A stretch of DNA of 64,000 bases from the NCBI GenBank assembly GCA_963575745.1, contig CAUYUJ010000004.1:558001-622000 (forward strand), read 5' to 3'. The DNA is from Prorocentrum cordatum. Its lineage: Eukaryota. The translations under genes were made by a program, and so were the position numbers. This document shows, piece after piece, positions 48,664 through 60,870 of this stretch (positions within the stretch are counted from its first letter, which is position 1; every line of letters starts with the position of its first letter). The notes under the pieces are model-generated. The model was not told the DNA's origin. It saw only the letters and a program-made list of their open reading frames with translations, and made no database searches.

Positions 48664-49255
48664 GCGCGCGATCGGCTGGCCCAGGGCCCCACGGCGGGCC
48701 CATGACCAAGCCCCAGCCTTCCAGAGGGCAAGGAGCAGCCCGCCGAGTCGGCTGACTCGACGTTTCTGCTTGTCTGTTTGCTTGCTCCTGGAGGTTCCAG
48801 TGGGCTGTTCCAAGGCCCCCCTGTCCCCTCCGCGGAGCCGCCCACCTCAGCCTCTCACAACTCGCAGGATGGAGGAGGAGGAGGAGGAGAAGGAGGAGGA
48901 GGAGGAGCGAAACGCGCATAGCGGGAAAAGAGCGTCTGGAGTGGAGGTCGAGACCTCCATTTCGTAGAGTTCTCGGAGGTCGGTACTTCCGATTTGGGAG
49001 GCCCGCCCGCGGTCGGACGCGGCCAGGACGAGGATGAATCCGCTCCAGAGCGTCATGCAACGCTGTCAGAGCGTTCCAGCACGTTCTGCCAAGGCCGCGG
49101 CGACCGATACATCCTCCAGAGCCGCCGGATCTCGGAGATTCTCAACGTATCCTCACCCGAATTTATCCTCGCCCTGGCTTCGTCTCTTGCCTGGGGTGGC
49201 GCTTAAGCGCCTGGGTTGACGACATCGTACCGTCGGAGATCTGGGCCCAGAAGAG
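48664..49255 (+). other. 592-bp GC-AG intron of ATG18
   Basis: AAG|GCGCGC...AAGAG|GCGCGG. Splicing gives the in-frame peptide GSYYK-ARFDPARGGEMVREDF, as expected for an ATG18 C-terminus. Confidence 0.8.
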
Positions 49256-49363
49256 GCGCGGTTCGACCCGGCCCGGGGCGGCGAGATGGTCCGCGAGGAC
49301 TTCGCCCACTTCGATGCCGCGCACGAGGCCGCCCTGGACGACCAGGGCGACGCGGCCGCGCAG
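49256..49363 (+). CDS. ATG18: ATG18 second exon (3' boundary uncertain)
   Basis: ARFDPARGGEMVREDFAHFD matches the conserved F-D-P-x-x-G-G-E C-terminus of this family. Confidence 0.75.
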
Positions 49364-49448
49364 GACCCTCTCGCCCTCCGCCTTCTTTTGCCCTCGTCTG
49401 CTGATTGGGTCCTCTTGTCTCCTCCACCCTCTATAGTTCTACGGACCG

Positions 49449-49641
49449 TAGGCCTCCCAGATGGGGTCGGAGTAAATGGGGTCGGAGGATCGCGCCGTAT
49501 TGCCGATGCATCGGCGATGCGGCTCGATGTGGAGCCCGCTTTTCTCCACGCCGACGTCGCCGATGCATCGCCGTTGTCGCGGGTGCATCGCCAATGCCTC
49601 GGCGATGCATCGCCGATTCGGCGCGATCTTCCGACCCCATC
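49449..49641. mobile_element. MITE-like palindromic element, copy 2
   Basis: Same ATGGGGTCGGAGGATCGC arms and TGGAGCCCG.TTTTCTCCACGCCG core as 45830-46002. Confidence 0.75.
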
Positions 49642-49737
49642 CTGGCTTGATTTAGGGCGGATTTCAGTTGAGTCAGTTGAGTGTTTTTGTGTTTTGATGC
49701 CGACGACGATTGTAATGATGGTGGTTATCAAATCGTA

Positions 49738-49861
49738 GTGCTGATGGTGGTGGCGATGGTGATGGTGATGGTGGTGGTGCTCATCACATCCAGAATCACC
49801 ATCATCACCATCACCATCATCACCATCACAACCGCCCTCACCATACCATCATCACCATCCC

Positions 49862-49917
<56 letters not shown>

Positions 49918-49918
49918 G

Positions 49919-49965
<47 letters not shown>

Positions 49966-50052
49966 CCATCACCATCACCATCACCATCACCATCACCATC
50001 ACCATCACCATCCATACCATCAGCATCGCCATCACCATCACCATCATCACCA
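49738..50052. repeat. (GAT/GGT)n then (CAT/CAC)n microsatellite
   Basis: Directly visible in the sequence. Confidence 0.9.
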
Positions 50053-50054
50053 TT

Positions 50055-53000
50055 GTGGTCCGTAGGACTTGGCTCAAAATAGTGTCGTCGTCCGCTGGGG
50101 CGGTTTCCCCGAGCCCTCCAGCCTCATCGTCCTCTCCTTCTTCGAGGGCAGCTTCGCCGAGCCATGCTTCTTCTTCGAGGGCAGCTTCGCCGAGCCCTGC
50201 TTCTTCTTCAAGGGCAGCTTCGCCGAGCCCTGCTTCTTCTTCGAGGGCAGCTCCGCCGAGCCCGAGCCCGAGCCCTGCGGCCTCGTCGAGGGCAGCTTCG
50301 CCAAGCCGTGGCAGCTGCAACAGCTCGGACGCCGATGCTGACGTAGGGTCCGACGCCGACGGCGCCGACGGCGCCGACGGAGTTGCCGACGCAGCGGGCT
50401 CGGAAGAGGACAGCGGCTCCAACAGCGGCTCCGACAGCGGCTCCGAAGAGGGCAGCGGCTCCAGCAGCGAGGCAGCCGCGGCTGCAAGAGCGAAGGCGAA
50501 GGCCGCCCCGAGCAAAGTAGTCGAGAAGTTCCCGCCTTCGTTGCCCATGACCCTGGAGGAGCACGTCGCCAGCCACGACTACCCAAAGCACGTCTCCACC
50601 TGCGGCGCTTGCAAATTTTGGAAGATCAAGGAGAAGTGGAACGCCTCGATGTCTGCGACGAATCCAGTAACACTGAAGTGTGAAACTTGGATAGGCTGCG
50701 TTGGTGGTAGATTTGCAGTCTGCTCGTTCTGCTCGGCGTTCGAGGGCGCTCGTTGCAAATCCACCATGGGCCAGGGGCCCGCGAGTTTCCAACGCAATGA
50801 AAACTTCGCGCGCCATGCACAGTGCGAGGAGCACCAGGCAGCAGAAGCGGCGTGGAAAAGGCGGATTCGAGCGGAAGGTGCGCACCAGGGTCTCCCCGTG
50901 ACTGCGTTCTCCACAACGGCTGCATCAGCTGCAGCAGCTGCAACAGCCGTGGCGCCTGCGCCCGCCGTCGTCCGCAACGCCGACCAGCGCCCTGGTTGCC
51001 GCGCAGTGGTCGCCGCCCGTGCAATGTTGGAGACAACCAGTTCCTTCAGTAGTTTCGACGCGTGGCGGGATGCGTTCGTTGGGGGCGACCGCCAAGTTTT
51101 GGAGTCTAGTCGGCAGCGCCGAAGGCTGGTGACCACCATGGCTCAGCACGAGAAGATCATCACGCAGAGGATCCTCAAACATGGTGCTGTTTTTCGTTTG
51201 GCTGCGGACGGCCCCGACCGCACGTGTCAGGTCGAAATTGGCACCGTGCTGTGGTCGATCCCGAAGGCTTTGGACTTTCTCCCAAGCTACGGTCTCAGGG
51301 CAGGCTGGCTGGAACAGCTGGGCCCCAGAGGGCCCTGGATCGTAGATCGGGTGATCGGGATGCGGGAGTTCCCGCGGGGCATGGACTGCGACGGCAAGGC
51401 TTCCATGCTGGGGGAGTGCGTCCGTCGCGCGTGCCAGACGGCAGGCGGGGAGCTGGACGGGGACTTGCACAAGCATGTGCGACAGGGGACTCGGGCATGG
51501 CGCAGCGATGGGGCGGATCTAAGTGCACCCCTGGCTGCAACAGCTACGTTCCCTGGGCTGGCGTTTCACGCGTGGGACGAGTCTCACTCGCCCCAGAAGG
51601 TTCTGGCCAATTCGATGAAAGGAGACAGCGAAATAACGACCACGGACGAGCTGCTGGTAACGGGTAAGAAGCCGCCAAGTCTGGCCAAGTTCCCGACTAC
51701 CTCCACCGTGTTCCGCAACGCACTCGGGGAGCAGCAGCTGGTGGAAGACGGCGTTGCGTTCGTCAAAAACTTCGGCTGGGCCCCCCAGCGTTTCAACAGT
51801 TGGGCGAGGCCCTGTGCGCGGGAAAGTCGGCGTTGGGAAGTCATTTTCGAGGCGCTCGGAGCGGAGTCCCAGGGGAATGACAAAGATCGGCGCGTTCTCG
51901 CCCGACATATTCTGGAAGGGCTCGGGGGCGAGAACAGTTCGCGCCTGCTCCTGGGGGGGTTGCTGGTCGACTTGAGCGCGGAGCACCACTCCTGGGTCGC
52001 CACCGGAGACAAGAGCAACCCCGACGCTGCCGGCGTTCAATCCAGGGCCGCCGCTTTCCTCTCCAAGCTGGATACATTGTTCGTCCAGGGGAATATTCTG
52101 GCCATCCCCGACACGTTTACTGGCGTCACCCTCAAGTTTCTGAAGGCCACGAAGCGGTTCGCGTGCGGCACTGGCGCCCAGACCGTTGGTATCGGCGATT
52201 GGGGCACGGGGCCCCGAGCCCGCGAAGCCGTCCACGCGGCTCTTCGACGAGCGCAGGGGATCGTGGCCAATGTGAAGGAGAACATGAAGCTATATCGGCC
52301 AGAGCATTCTTGGTTGCACGCCTTTACAGCCTTTCGCTTGCCTTCCCCCCTGTCCCCGTCTGCAACTGCAGAGCATGCAGCGGAAGCCGAGGCCTGTTTG
52401 AAGCGCATCTGCCGGGCGGCTGACCTCCCCGAGCAGAAGGCAATCTCCCAGCTGCGGCAAATGTTGCCCCGTGCCGAGGTGCATCATCGAAACGGGGGCA
52501 CCACGCGGCAGGCTTGGGGCCGCGCTGCGGTGGAGTGGCCCGAGCTCCCCAGCGGCCGTCGCCTCGTGGAGCTCTTCCTTGTATGGAAAACGAGCACGGG
52601 CAACTTGGAGAAGCGATTCCGCCGTTTCTCGGAGGTGCATTGCCCCGAGAGGGCGCGGCCCCTCGACGTGTCCGTCGAGGAGTGCACGCTCGTGGACCAG
52701 GCGCCCTCCAGCAGGTTGCTGCGCACGTGGCTGGGCGGCAACGACGAGAGCAGCTCTGCCGCCAGTCGTTGGCACAGGCATGTGCTCAAGCTACATGAGG
52801 TCGCGCAGGGGAAGATCGCGCCGCTGAGAAGGGCCGAGAGGCGCGACAAGGGAAGCGCGCGGGAGCCTGGGGCAGCACGTCGGACAGAGGTAGGCTTCGG
52901 GCGCAGGCGAGCAGCTGCCGTCGACGCCATGGTGGCCGCTTCCCCGAGCAAGCGCGCCCGCCTTCTCGCGGAGGGCGCCCCCGATCTCGCTGCGCTGGCT

Positions 53001-53834
53001 CAGGAGGCGGCCCAGGCGAGCGGCGCAGATCCAGTCGGGCCCGCTGCAAAAGTCGTCGCCGCCGTCGCCAAGCGGGAGGCCAAGATCCGAGAGCGCAATC
53101 TTGGAGGGGCGAAGGCCGCCGCCAAGGCCAGGAGTACCCGAGAGAAGAAAGTCCTGCGCAGTGCCAGGCCAGCTGCGGGCCGCGACGCTTACTTGCTGCC
53201 CCCCCCCGCGCCCCGCTGGGCTCATGCTGGCTCGCATGGTAGATGGGGGCGCTCGCAACAAGGCGCAGCGCCTGCGTTCCAAGGCGTTTCAGGACCCCGT
53301 GGACTTCCTGGACTATCTTGCCAGTCATACGGCCCAGGGGAAGAAGAAGGGGAACGTAGTCTTGGCGCCAACAGCTGACACCGACTATTGCATCGCCGCC
53401 CAGGTCGCAGCAGCGCTCACGGGAGTTTTTTTTATATTTACAAAAAAACAACGCCGACTGACTTTGCACGGGAGGACTCCCCAAAAGGCATCCAGTACAC
53501 GGAGAAGCTTCGGAACTCGAGCAAGAGCTACCACGTGGCTGTAACAGAGGCTATCGCGGAAGACTTGCCTACACTGCCCCACGTTTTGCGAGCGCTTGCC
53601 CAGACGCCGAGTGGGTGTGTGATATATTACAAGAGCCCCAAGAAGCTCTGCAAGTTCTTCAAGAGGCAGGCCAACCCCCGCCTGGCGCAGCGAACTTGCG
53701 TGCTGTGCCGCTCGGGAGAAGAAGCGGGCGTCGACAGAGCCGTCAAACAGATCTACAACAGCCCGAGGAACTGGGTTCTGCGTTTCGACGCGACGGTCGC
53801 AGCACTGTGCCCAGGCACCAAGGCCGTGCCATAG
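50055..53834 (+). CDS. hAT-like DDE transposase (ORF 50055-53378; C-terminus continues through frameshifts to 53834)
   Basis: TTF-like finger VCSFC...NFARHAQCEEH, LAADG (D at 51207), SDGAD (D at 51507), WDESH (C/DxxH), QRFNSW (RW-like) and STGNLEKRF (SxxxERxF-like). Confidence 0.65.
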
Positions 53835-54134
53835 TTTGTTGAAAAAGAGCGCCGCCCAACGTCGTCCGACCTTACCTCCCCCCCTGCGCCCCTCAGTGGG
53901 CGCCGCTGCCGCGGGCGGCGCTGCCCGCCGCTGGGGACCTGAAGGTCGCCGATGGGGGGGGGGGGGCTGCTGTTGCCCGTGGCGGCGGTTGTCGGCGGCG
54001 AGGGTGGGAGGGCGGGGGTGGGAAGCATCGGGCGCCCAGGGCCGCCCTCAGGAGGAGGGGGATGAGGGGGGTGATGGGGCTGAAGGAGGAGGGGGGAGCA
54101 GGACGAGGCAGGAGCAGCGACGAGGCCGTCTTCC

Positions 54135-54830
54135 CCGCTGCAACAGCCGCTGCAACAGCCGCTGCAACAGCCGCTGCAACAGCCGCTGCAACAGCCGCGC
54201 AACAGCCGCTGCAACAGCCGCCGCAACAGCCGCTGCAACAGCCGCTGCAACAGCCGCTGCAACAGCCGCTGCAACAGCCGCTGCAACAGCCGCTGCAACA
54301 GCCGCCGCAACAGCCGCTGCAACAGCCGCTGCGACAGCCGCTGCGACAGCCGCTGCAGTAGTAGAGCACACCCAGCTTTCCTGTAGCGCAAGCACCTCGG
54401 CTCAAGGCATGTCTTGCAGCGCCTGCAGGCTGCCATGCCAGGAATGGGGCGCAAGGGCAAGGGCAAAGGGCGCCAGGTCAGACCAGCCAAATCTGGGCTA
54501 GCTGTAGTACCCCCCCCCCCCCCCTGTGTGATAAGAGCTCCCATGGAGCTCTAACATGCCATGTTAGAGCTCCCATGGGGCTCTAACGTGGCAGGCTAGA
54601 GGATGTTAGAGCTACATTGGAGCTCGAACATGCCATGTTAGAGCTCACCTGGAGCTCTAACATGCCATGTTCGAGCTCCCTGGGAGCTCTAACATGGCAT
54701 GTTAGAGGGTGTTAGAGCTCCATTGGAGCTCTAACATACCATGTTAGAGCTCCCGTGGAGATCTAACATGGCATGCTAGAGGATGTTAGAGCTCCCAGGG
54801 AGCTCTGACATGGGATGTTAGTAGAGCTTC
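54135..54830. repeat. Composite block copy A: (GCCGCTGCAACA)n, ~170-bp unique segment and GAGCTC satellite
   Basis: Repeated at 55264-55855 and in part at 60335-60815. Confidence 0.9.
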
Positions 54831-55263
54831 CATCTTCAGGTCGGCACCTGGGAGTACTTGCTCAACCAGCGCAAAGGCTTGCGGAGCCAGAGGGGGCGGT
54901 GCGAGTTGAATATCAAGTTAGCGCGTCAAGAGGGCGAACACGATGAGGCGTTGGATCATGAGCGCCGCCTGCGCTGGGTCCAACATAAGCAGCAGCAGTT
55001 GGGCAATGACGGCATGATGATCTTCGACCGTCCAGGAGTCTGGGAGGGCCAGGAGAGACCCTACGGATGCCTGGACGCGACCGCACGGAGGCAGTTGAGC
55101 GATGGGGAGACCAGGTGGAACACTCAGATGATAGACTGGGAGCGTCGGAACCCGCCAGGGGCGACTGGGACCGAAGACTGTGTACGGTACCACTGGGATC
55201 TGCAGCGGTGGGTGAGGCAGCAGCGGCGCCTGTCAAACGCCCAGAGTCGCCAGAGAGAGGCGT

Positions 55264-55855
55264 CGCTGCAACAGCCGCTGCAACAGCCGCTGCAACAGCC
55301 GCTGCAACAGCCGCTGCAACAGCCGCTGCGACAGCCGCTGCGACAGCCGCTGCGACAGCCGCTGCAGTAGTAGAGCACACCCAGCTTTCCTGTAGCGCAA
55401 GCACCCCGGCTCAAGGCATCTCTTGCAGCGCCTGCAGGCTGCCATGCCAGAAATGGGGCGCAAGGGCAAGGGCAAGCAAAGGGCGCCAGGTCAGACCAGC
55501 CAAATCTGGGCTAGCTGTAGTACCCCCCCCCCCTGTCTGACAAGAGCTCCCATGGAGCTCTAACAAACCATGTTAGAGCTCCCATTGGGGGGGCTCTAAC
55601 ATGGCAGGCTAGATGATGTTAGAGCTACATGGGAGCTCTAACATGCCATGTTAGAGCTCACCTGGAGCTCTAACATGGCATGCTACATGATGTTAGCGCT
55701 CACGGGGAGCTCTAACATGGCATGTTAGAGGGTGTTAGAGCTCCATTGGAGCTCTAACATACCATGTTGAGCTCCCATGGAGATCGAACATGGCATGCTC
55801 GAGGATGTTAGAGCTCCCAGCGAGCTCTGACATACCATGTTGTTAGAGCTCCCAC
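55264..55855. repeat. Composite block copy B
   Basis: Collinear with 54135-54830. Confidence 0.9.
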
Positions 55856-58679
55856 GCAGCTCCTTCCTACTATCCAAAACCGGAGGAGCTGTAGTACAAT
55901 GCGACGTCTAACTTGGTATGGTACACCTCCCTGGGAGGTGTAACATATCAAGTTAGCTGTAACAGCTGGGCCCTCAGGCAACCCGAACGACATGGTGCCC
56001 GACGACGCCGAGGAGCCCCGCGACGCGGCGCCCGAGGGGGGCGCTCTTCCAGCCGCGCACGTCGGACCTCGTCCGAGCCGCGTTGGGACGAGCCGCGCTC
56101 GGAGCCGACCTCGTCCGAGCCGCGCTCCTCCAGCGCCACATGAGAAGGCGCATGAGGAGAGCCCGATGGATGAGGGCGACGGCGCTACCCCTGAGGAGGA
56201 GGACGAGTTTGCCGAGGAAGACGGCGTGACATCCAGTCGCTCGGGCCCGCCATCAGACTGGGGCTGCGGCGATATCCAGTACTACGCCTACCAGTACGAG
56301 TACATGCGCCAGCAGGCGGGCGGGGAACGTGATCCTCAGCTCGCCCAGGAGGAAATGCGCGAGCAGGCGGAGGCGCTGGGGAGAGCCATGCGAGAGCCGA
56401 TGGCGCGGATGCAGGCGTGGGCAGTGTCGGCTGAAGCATCGGCTGCAACAGTTCCTGGTGACGTGCTGGTGGCTGCCAGGCTGCGTGATGAGCCTGCGCT
56501 CTCGATGCCTGGAGCGGCCTCTGGTGCTCCTGTCACGCCACCTATTCCAGGATCACCGTCGGCTGCACCATCTGCAGATCATCGGGATTGGCAGGCAACC
56601 GCGCCGCGGCGGGAGAAGAAGAGGGGCCAGCAGGACTTAGTCCCTGAGGATTACGGCCTCCCCAGGACGAAGCCGAAGACGCCTGAGCCGCCTGGCCAAA
56701 TGCGTGCTCCAGGCCAGGGGCCATCGCAGCGGAAGCTGTAACAGCGGAAGCGGGCCCTGGCTGCGCCGCGAAGGAGGCGTCCACCGTGCAGAAAGGAGAC
56801 ATCGCCTTCTGCCTGGTGCAACCGCAGCACCAATACTACGCGCACATTGTGCTCAAGGCAGAATGGGACTTCCACAGGCGCGAGTACAAGTACTGGATCG
56901 GCGGCATGGGGCAGAACATCAATGGCTATTGCTTTTTTTAGAGCCGCGCCCATGTATTACACGCACCCTGACGAGGCAACGCAACTCTGTGAGCCTCGGT
57001 GGGACCAGCCCGCGTCTGGGAGCAGCTGGCAGCTTGCACAGACTGTCACAGTAAATCGCGGGGCCTCTCCGAGCGGGCTTCTGGTAGACTGCAACAGTCG
57101 ACTGCGACGCGCCAGCTCTGGTTTAGGCATTGCTTCTGTCAGCGCCAGTTTTGGCCGACCTGCACAGATGCGCCTCTCGGATGAGCCCTGCCTTCCGCTA
57201 TGCAACAGATGCGCACACAATTCGAGTACGCGGCACCCTCGCACACATTTCGAGTGGGGTTGTGGGCGGCTAGCATGATGACTGAACACCGCAAGTTCTC
57301 GAGCGCCTGACCCGGTCGGCGAAGTGCTTCCAGTCGCGTCGGGTGGTGACTGTCTGTCAGATACCCTTCGGCGCGGGTGACCTGAAGTTTGCCTTCTACT
57401 GTAACAGTCGCACGCCTGTGCGGCCCACCGCATACGCTTTGACGCTGTGCGGACTGGGTTTGTCTTGCGGTTTTCTTTGGTGCTGAGCCGGCTGCGCGAC
57501 TGAGGTGTGTGCGTGTGTTTGTATATGATTAGCACACATATCAGCACGAAGTACATGTATTGTGTGTGGTGTTGTCCTCTCGCGCGTCTCATCTTAGGAG
57601 CGTGCCCCTCGTTCAGGGACCCTGGCATCCAGCTCGCTGGCCTCAGGTTGCCAGTTGACTTACTCAGGGGGATGGCAGTGGTGAGGGGAATGGGAAGGGG
57701 CTGGGATGGGGACGGTTGCGCGGAATCGGCAGGGTCTTTGTGGCCAGCGCTCCGCTGCAACAGCGCCTCCGCTCGGCGTGCCGCCGTTGTCGTGCTGGAG
57801 GCAGGTAATTTGCAGTTTCCCTTTCAAGCTCTCCCCAGAGGGGCGCCGCCCTCCGTCTCTCGGCGCGCAGAAGCCTGTCCACTGGGCTCCTGGTGATAGG
57901 CATGCGGGTGTGCGCCCGAGGTTCGATAGGCCCAGGCATCGTAGGAACAGCTGTTTATGCAGAGAAGCGTGACAACAAAACGGCGAGCTTTCTCCGACTC
58001 GTCTCCTCTCGCCGTCTGCTGCGCCTCCGCTGCAACAGCTCCTGCGCCTCCCCACCCCCCAGGTCCCTGGTGGCGGGCGGCGCTGCCGCGGGCGGCCGCG
58101 GCGCCCCCGCAGGCCCACGCGGGGGAACCAGGATGACGACGACGAGGAGGACGAGGCTAGGAGGAGGAGCAGGAGGAGGAGTCCAGGTGGGAGGAGGGGG
58201 GTGGAGCGCATCACGCCCTGAGCTAAGGTGCCCACGAGAGCATCTGTTACTGGCGCGAGTGGGAATGGGCCCACGATGGGACTCTGCGCGCGTGCTGCGC
58301 ATGGCTGGAACAGCGAGCGCAGGCGCTCCCATGCATCCCTGAGCTCAGAGATGAGGAGAAAGACGCCCATATTCAGATCAACTGCATTCCTTATGCAGAT
58401 TGTCTCACTCTCCAGGCCGCTAGGCGCTAGGCGCTTGGATGCTTGGGCTGCCTGGTTCGAATTGTTCTAGCCTCTAGCCTTCGGTTTTCTGGTGCCCAGT
58501 ACCTCCCTGGTCGCCACCAGCTGGGCGCAGCAAGCGAGGATGAAGAGGCCACCAGGGAGGGCCCTAGGGCCCTAGGGCACCACACCCAGGACCCCACAGA
58601 GCCCCGAGCACCCCAGCAGATCCGCGACAGGATTCGCATCCTTACATCATCTTGGCATATTGGCCCAAGCTAGTTCCCC

Positions 58680-59903
58680 ATGGCTGGGGCAAGAGCCATG
58701 GGGGATCCGTTATTCAGCACCTCATCCCAGGGGTCTCCCAGCGCGGACTCGCAGTCGGTGTCTGCCTGCCTTATGCGAGACATGTTCGGCGGCTCGGATG
58801 ACGAGGCCACTGAAGGTATGACGCTCTATGTTGAAGCCAGAGTTGCCGTGGACGTTCGGACCGTGGCCGCCGCCGCTGCGAGTCCGCAACAAGCCAACCA
58901 GGGAGGTTTTGCAGCGGGCGTGGGCGCCGCTGGCGGCACCCGCAGAGCAGCGCGAGGTCCAGACAGCATCGCTTCCTCCAGACATAAGGGCTTGCAAGAG
59001 CCGTCGGCATCGCCTCCAGAGATCAGGGCCGGCGAGATCCAGACAGCATCGCCCTCTCCAGCACAGGTGCATCCAGCATCAGCATCGTCGCTTCCGCCAG
59101 GGGGCGTCGGAGACGGCGGAGCAGCTCGAGGGCCTTGCGGCGTGAACGTCAAGGTCAAGGTCATGGCCAATGACACCATCAGCGCCGATGGCATGGGCAA
59201 TGGGAACAACGACACATTTTCGTTCATCACAGATCGCCTGGGGCTCGACCTTTCACGCGGGGGACCGCCTACCGACGCTGTCGAGGGCCGAGCAGGATGC
59301 GGCGACGGTGGCGACAAGGCCTCTGGAGTTCGGAGCCCGAGGGCCTTTGCAGGGGTCGATGGCGGCAGCGCACTTCAGTTCGCGAAGGTCGCTTGTTTCC
59401 ACGACAACGGCAAAAGAGTGACAGCGCCTGTCAGGCGTCGCATGCGCTCGCGCAGCCGAGAGACGCGGCTTAAGATGATGTGGGAAGGCGCCCGGGAGGA
59501 CGCTCGACAGGTGCTTAGTGATTGTCGCGGCATACAGTCGATGTTTGTACACCAGCCCTGCGTCGACATCGACGTTGGTCTAGTGATGAAGCGCGTGCGG
59601 CACCTCCACGATCGCGCCATCGCCTCTGGGCGCTCCGTCTACACCGGCACGACGAGCGACCCTTCATGGCGATGGAATGGAGGATGGGGGTGGCGAGGAA
59701 ACGACCGAAGCTTCATGCGCGGGCACAAGCTCAGCTACGATGAGATGCAAGTGGTCGCGTCCTTCCCCGACAAACAATGCGGAGAGGTTGGGGAGCATGT
59801 GATCGCGCACTTCCCCCGTGCTGACAACAAGGTCGCGTCGCAGCAGGGGCTTGCGGCCAGGCACTGCGCATACAGCTTTCTATATGTCTGTAGGACATTA
59901 TGA
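58680..59903 (+). CDS. ORF with C-terminal GIY-YIG-like nuclease domain
   Basis: SVYTGTTSDPSWRW...GH..Y..M.V...EVGEHVI...DNK...FLYVC at ~59630-59900 shows YxG, R, H, E, N spacing like the GIY-YIG fold. The N-terminal part is low complexity. Confidence 0.55.
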   Translation: MAGARAMGDPLFSTSSQGSPSADSQSVSACLMRDMFGGSDDEATEGMTLYVEARVAVDVRTVAAAAASPQQANQGGFAAGVGAAGGTRRAARGPDSIASSRHKGLQEPSASPPEIRAGEIQTASPSPAQVHPASASSLPPGGVGDGGAARGPCGVNVKVKVMANDTISADGMGNGNNDTFSFITDRLGLDLSRGGPPTDAVEGRAGCGDGGDKASGVRSPRAFAGVDGGSALQFAKVACFHDNGKRVTAPVRRRMRSRSRETRLKMMWEGAREDARQVLSDCRGIQSMFVHQPCVDIDVGLVMKRVRHLHDRAIASGRSVYTGTTSDPSWRWNGGWGWRGNDRSFMRGHKLSYDEMQVVASFPDKQCGEVGEHVIAHFPRADNKVASQQGLAARHCAYSFLYVCRTL

Positions 59904-59979
59904 GCGCCATTTGCGAAGCTGCCCAGCTCCGCTGCCTTGTGCGTGCAGTGGCCACTACCCAGACGTGGTACGTGGTGGG

Positions 59980-60815
59980 GACGACTGAGGCTGCGATGCA
60001 GAAGTGACAGAATCGCCCGTACGCTGCAACAGCCGCTGCAACAGCCGCTGCAACAGCCGCTGCAGTAGTAGAGCTCAACCCAGAAACTGGCGAGCGTGAG
60101 GACGATCTCTCGTTTCGACCTCACCTCTGGGACGACTGAGGCTGCGATGCAGAAGTGACAGAATCGCCAGTGCGCTGCAACAGCCGCTGCAACAGCCGCT
60201 GCAACAGCCGCTGCAACAGCCGCTGCAGTAGTAGAGCTCAACCCAGAAACTGGCGAGCGCGAGGACGATCTCTCGTTTCGACCTCACCACTGAGACGACT
60301 GAGGCTGCGATGCAGAAGTGACAGAATCGCCCGTGCGCTGCAACAGCCGCTGCAACAGCCGCTGCAACAGCCGCTGCAACAGCCGCTGCAACAACCGCTG
60401 CAACAGCCGCTGCAACAGCCGCTGCAACAGCCGCTGCAACAGCCGCTGCAACAGCAGCTGCAACAGCCGCTGCAACAGCCGCTGCGACAGCCGCTGCAAC
60501 AGCCGCTGCAACCGCCGCTGCAACAGCCGCTGCAACAGCCGCTGCAACAGCCGCTGCAACAACCGCTGCAACAGCCGCTGCAACAGCCGCTGCAACAGCC
60601 GCTGCAACAGCCGCTGCAACAGCCGCTGCAACAGCCGCTGCAACAGCCGCTGCAACAGCCGCTGCAGCAGCCGCTGCAACAGCCGCTGCCGCTGCAACAG
60701 CCGCTGCAACAGCCGCTGCGGCAGCCGCTGCAGTAGTAGAGCACACCCAGCTTTCCTGTAGCGCAAGCACCTCGACTCACGGCATTTCTTGCAGCGCCTG
60801 CAGGCTGCCATGTCA
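59980..60815. repeat. Higher-order tandem units containing expanding 12-bp GCCGCTGCAACA arrays
   Basis: GACGACTGAGGCTGCGATGCAGAAGTGACAGAATCGCC recurs at ~59980, ~60131 and ~60294; the last array has ~30 copies of the 12-mer. Confidence 0.92.
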
Positions 60816-60870
60816 GACATGGGAGCCAGCGCAGGGGGGGCATCCTGGCCCATGTCCAGAAACCGTCATC

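Noticed and set aside
60075..60853. Cys-rich (GCCS)n, QQPL or antifreeze-like proteins
   Set aside because: All frames are open only because of the 12-bp repeat.
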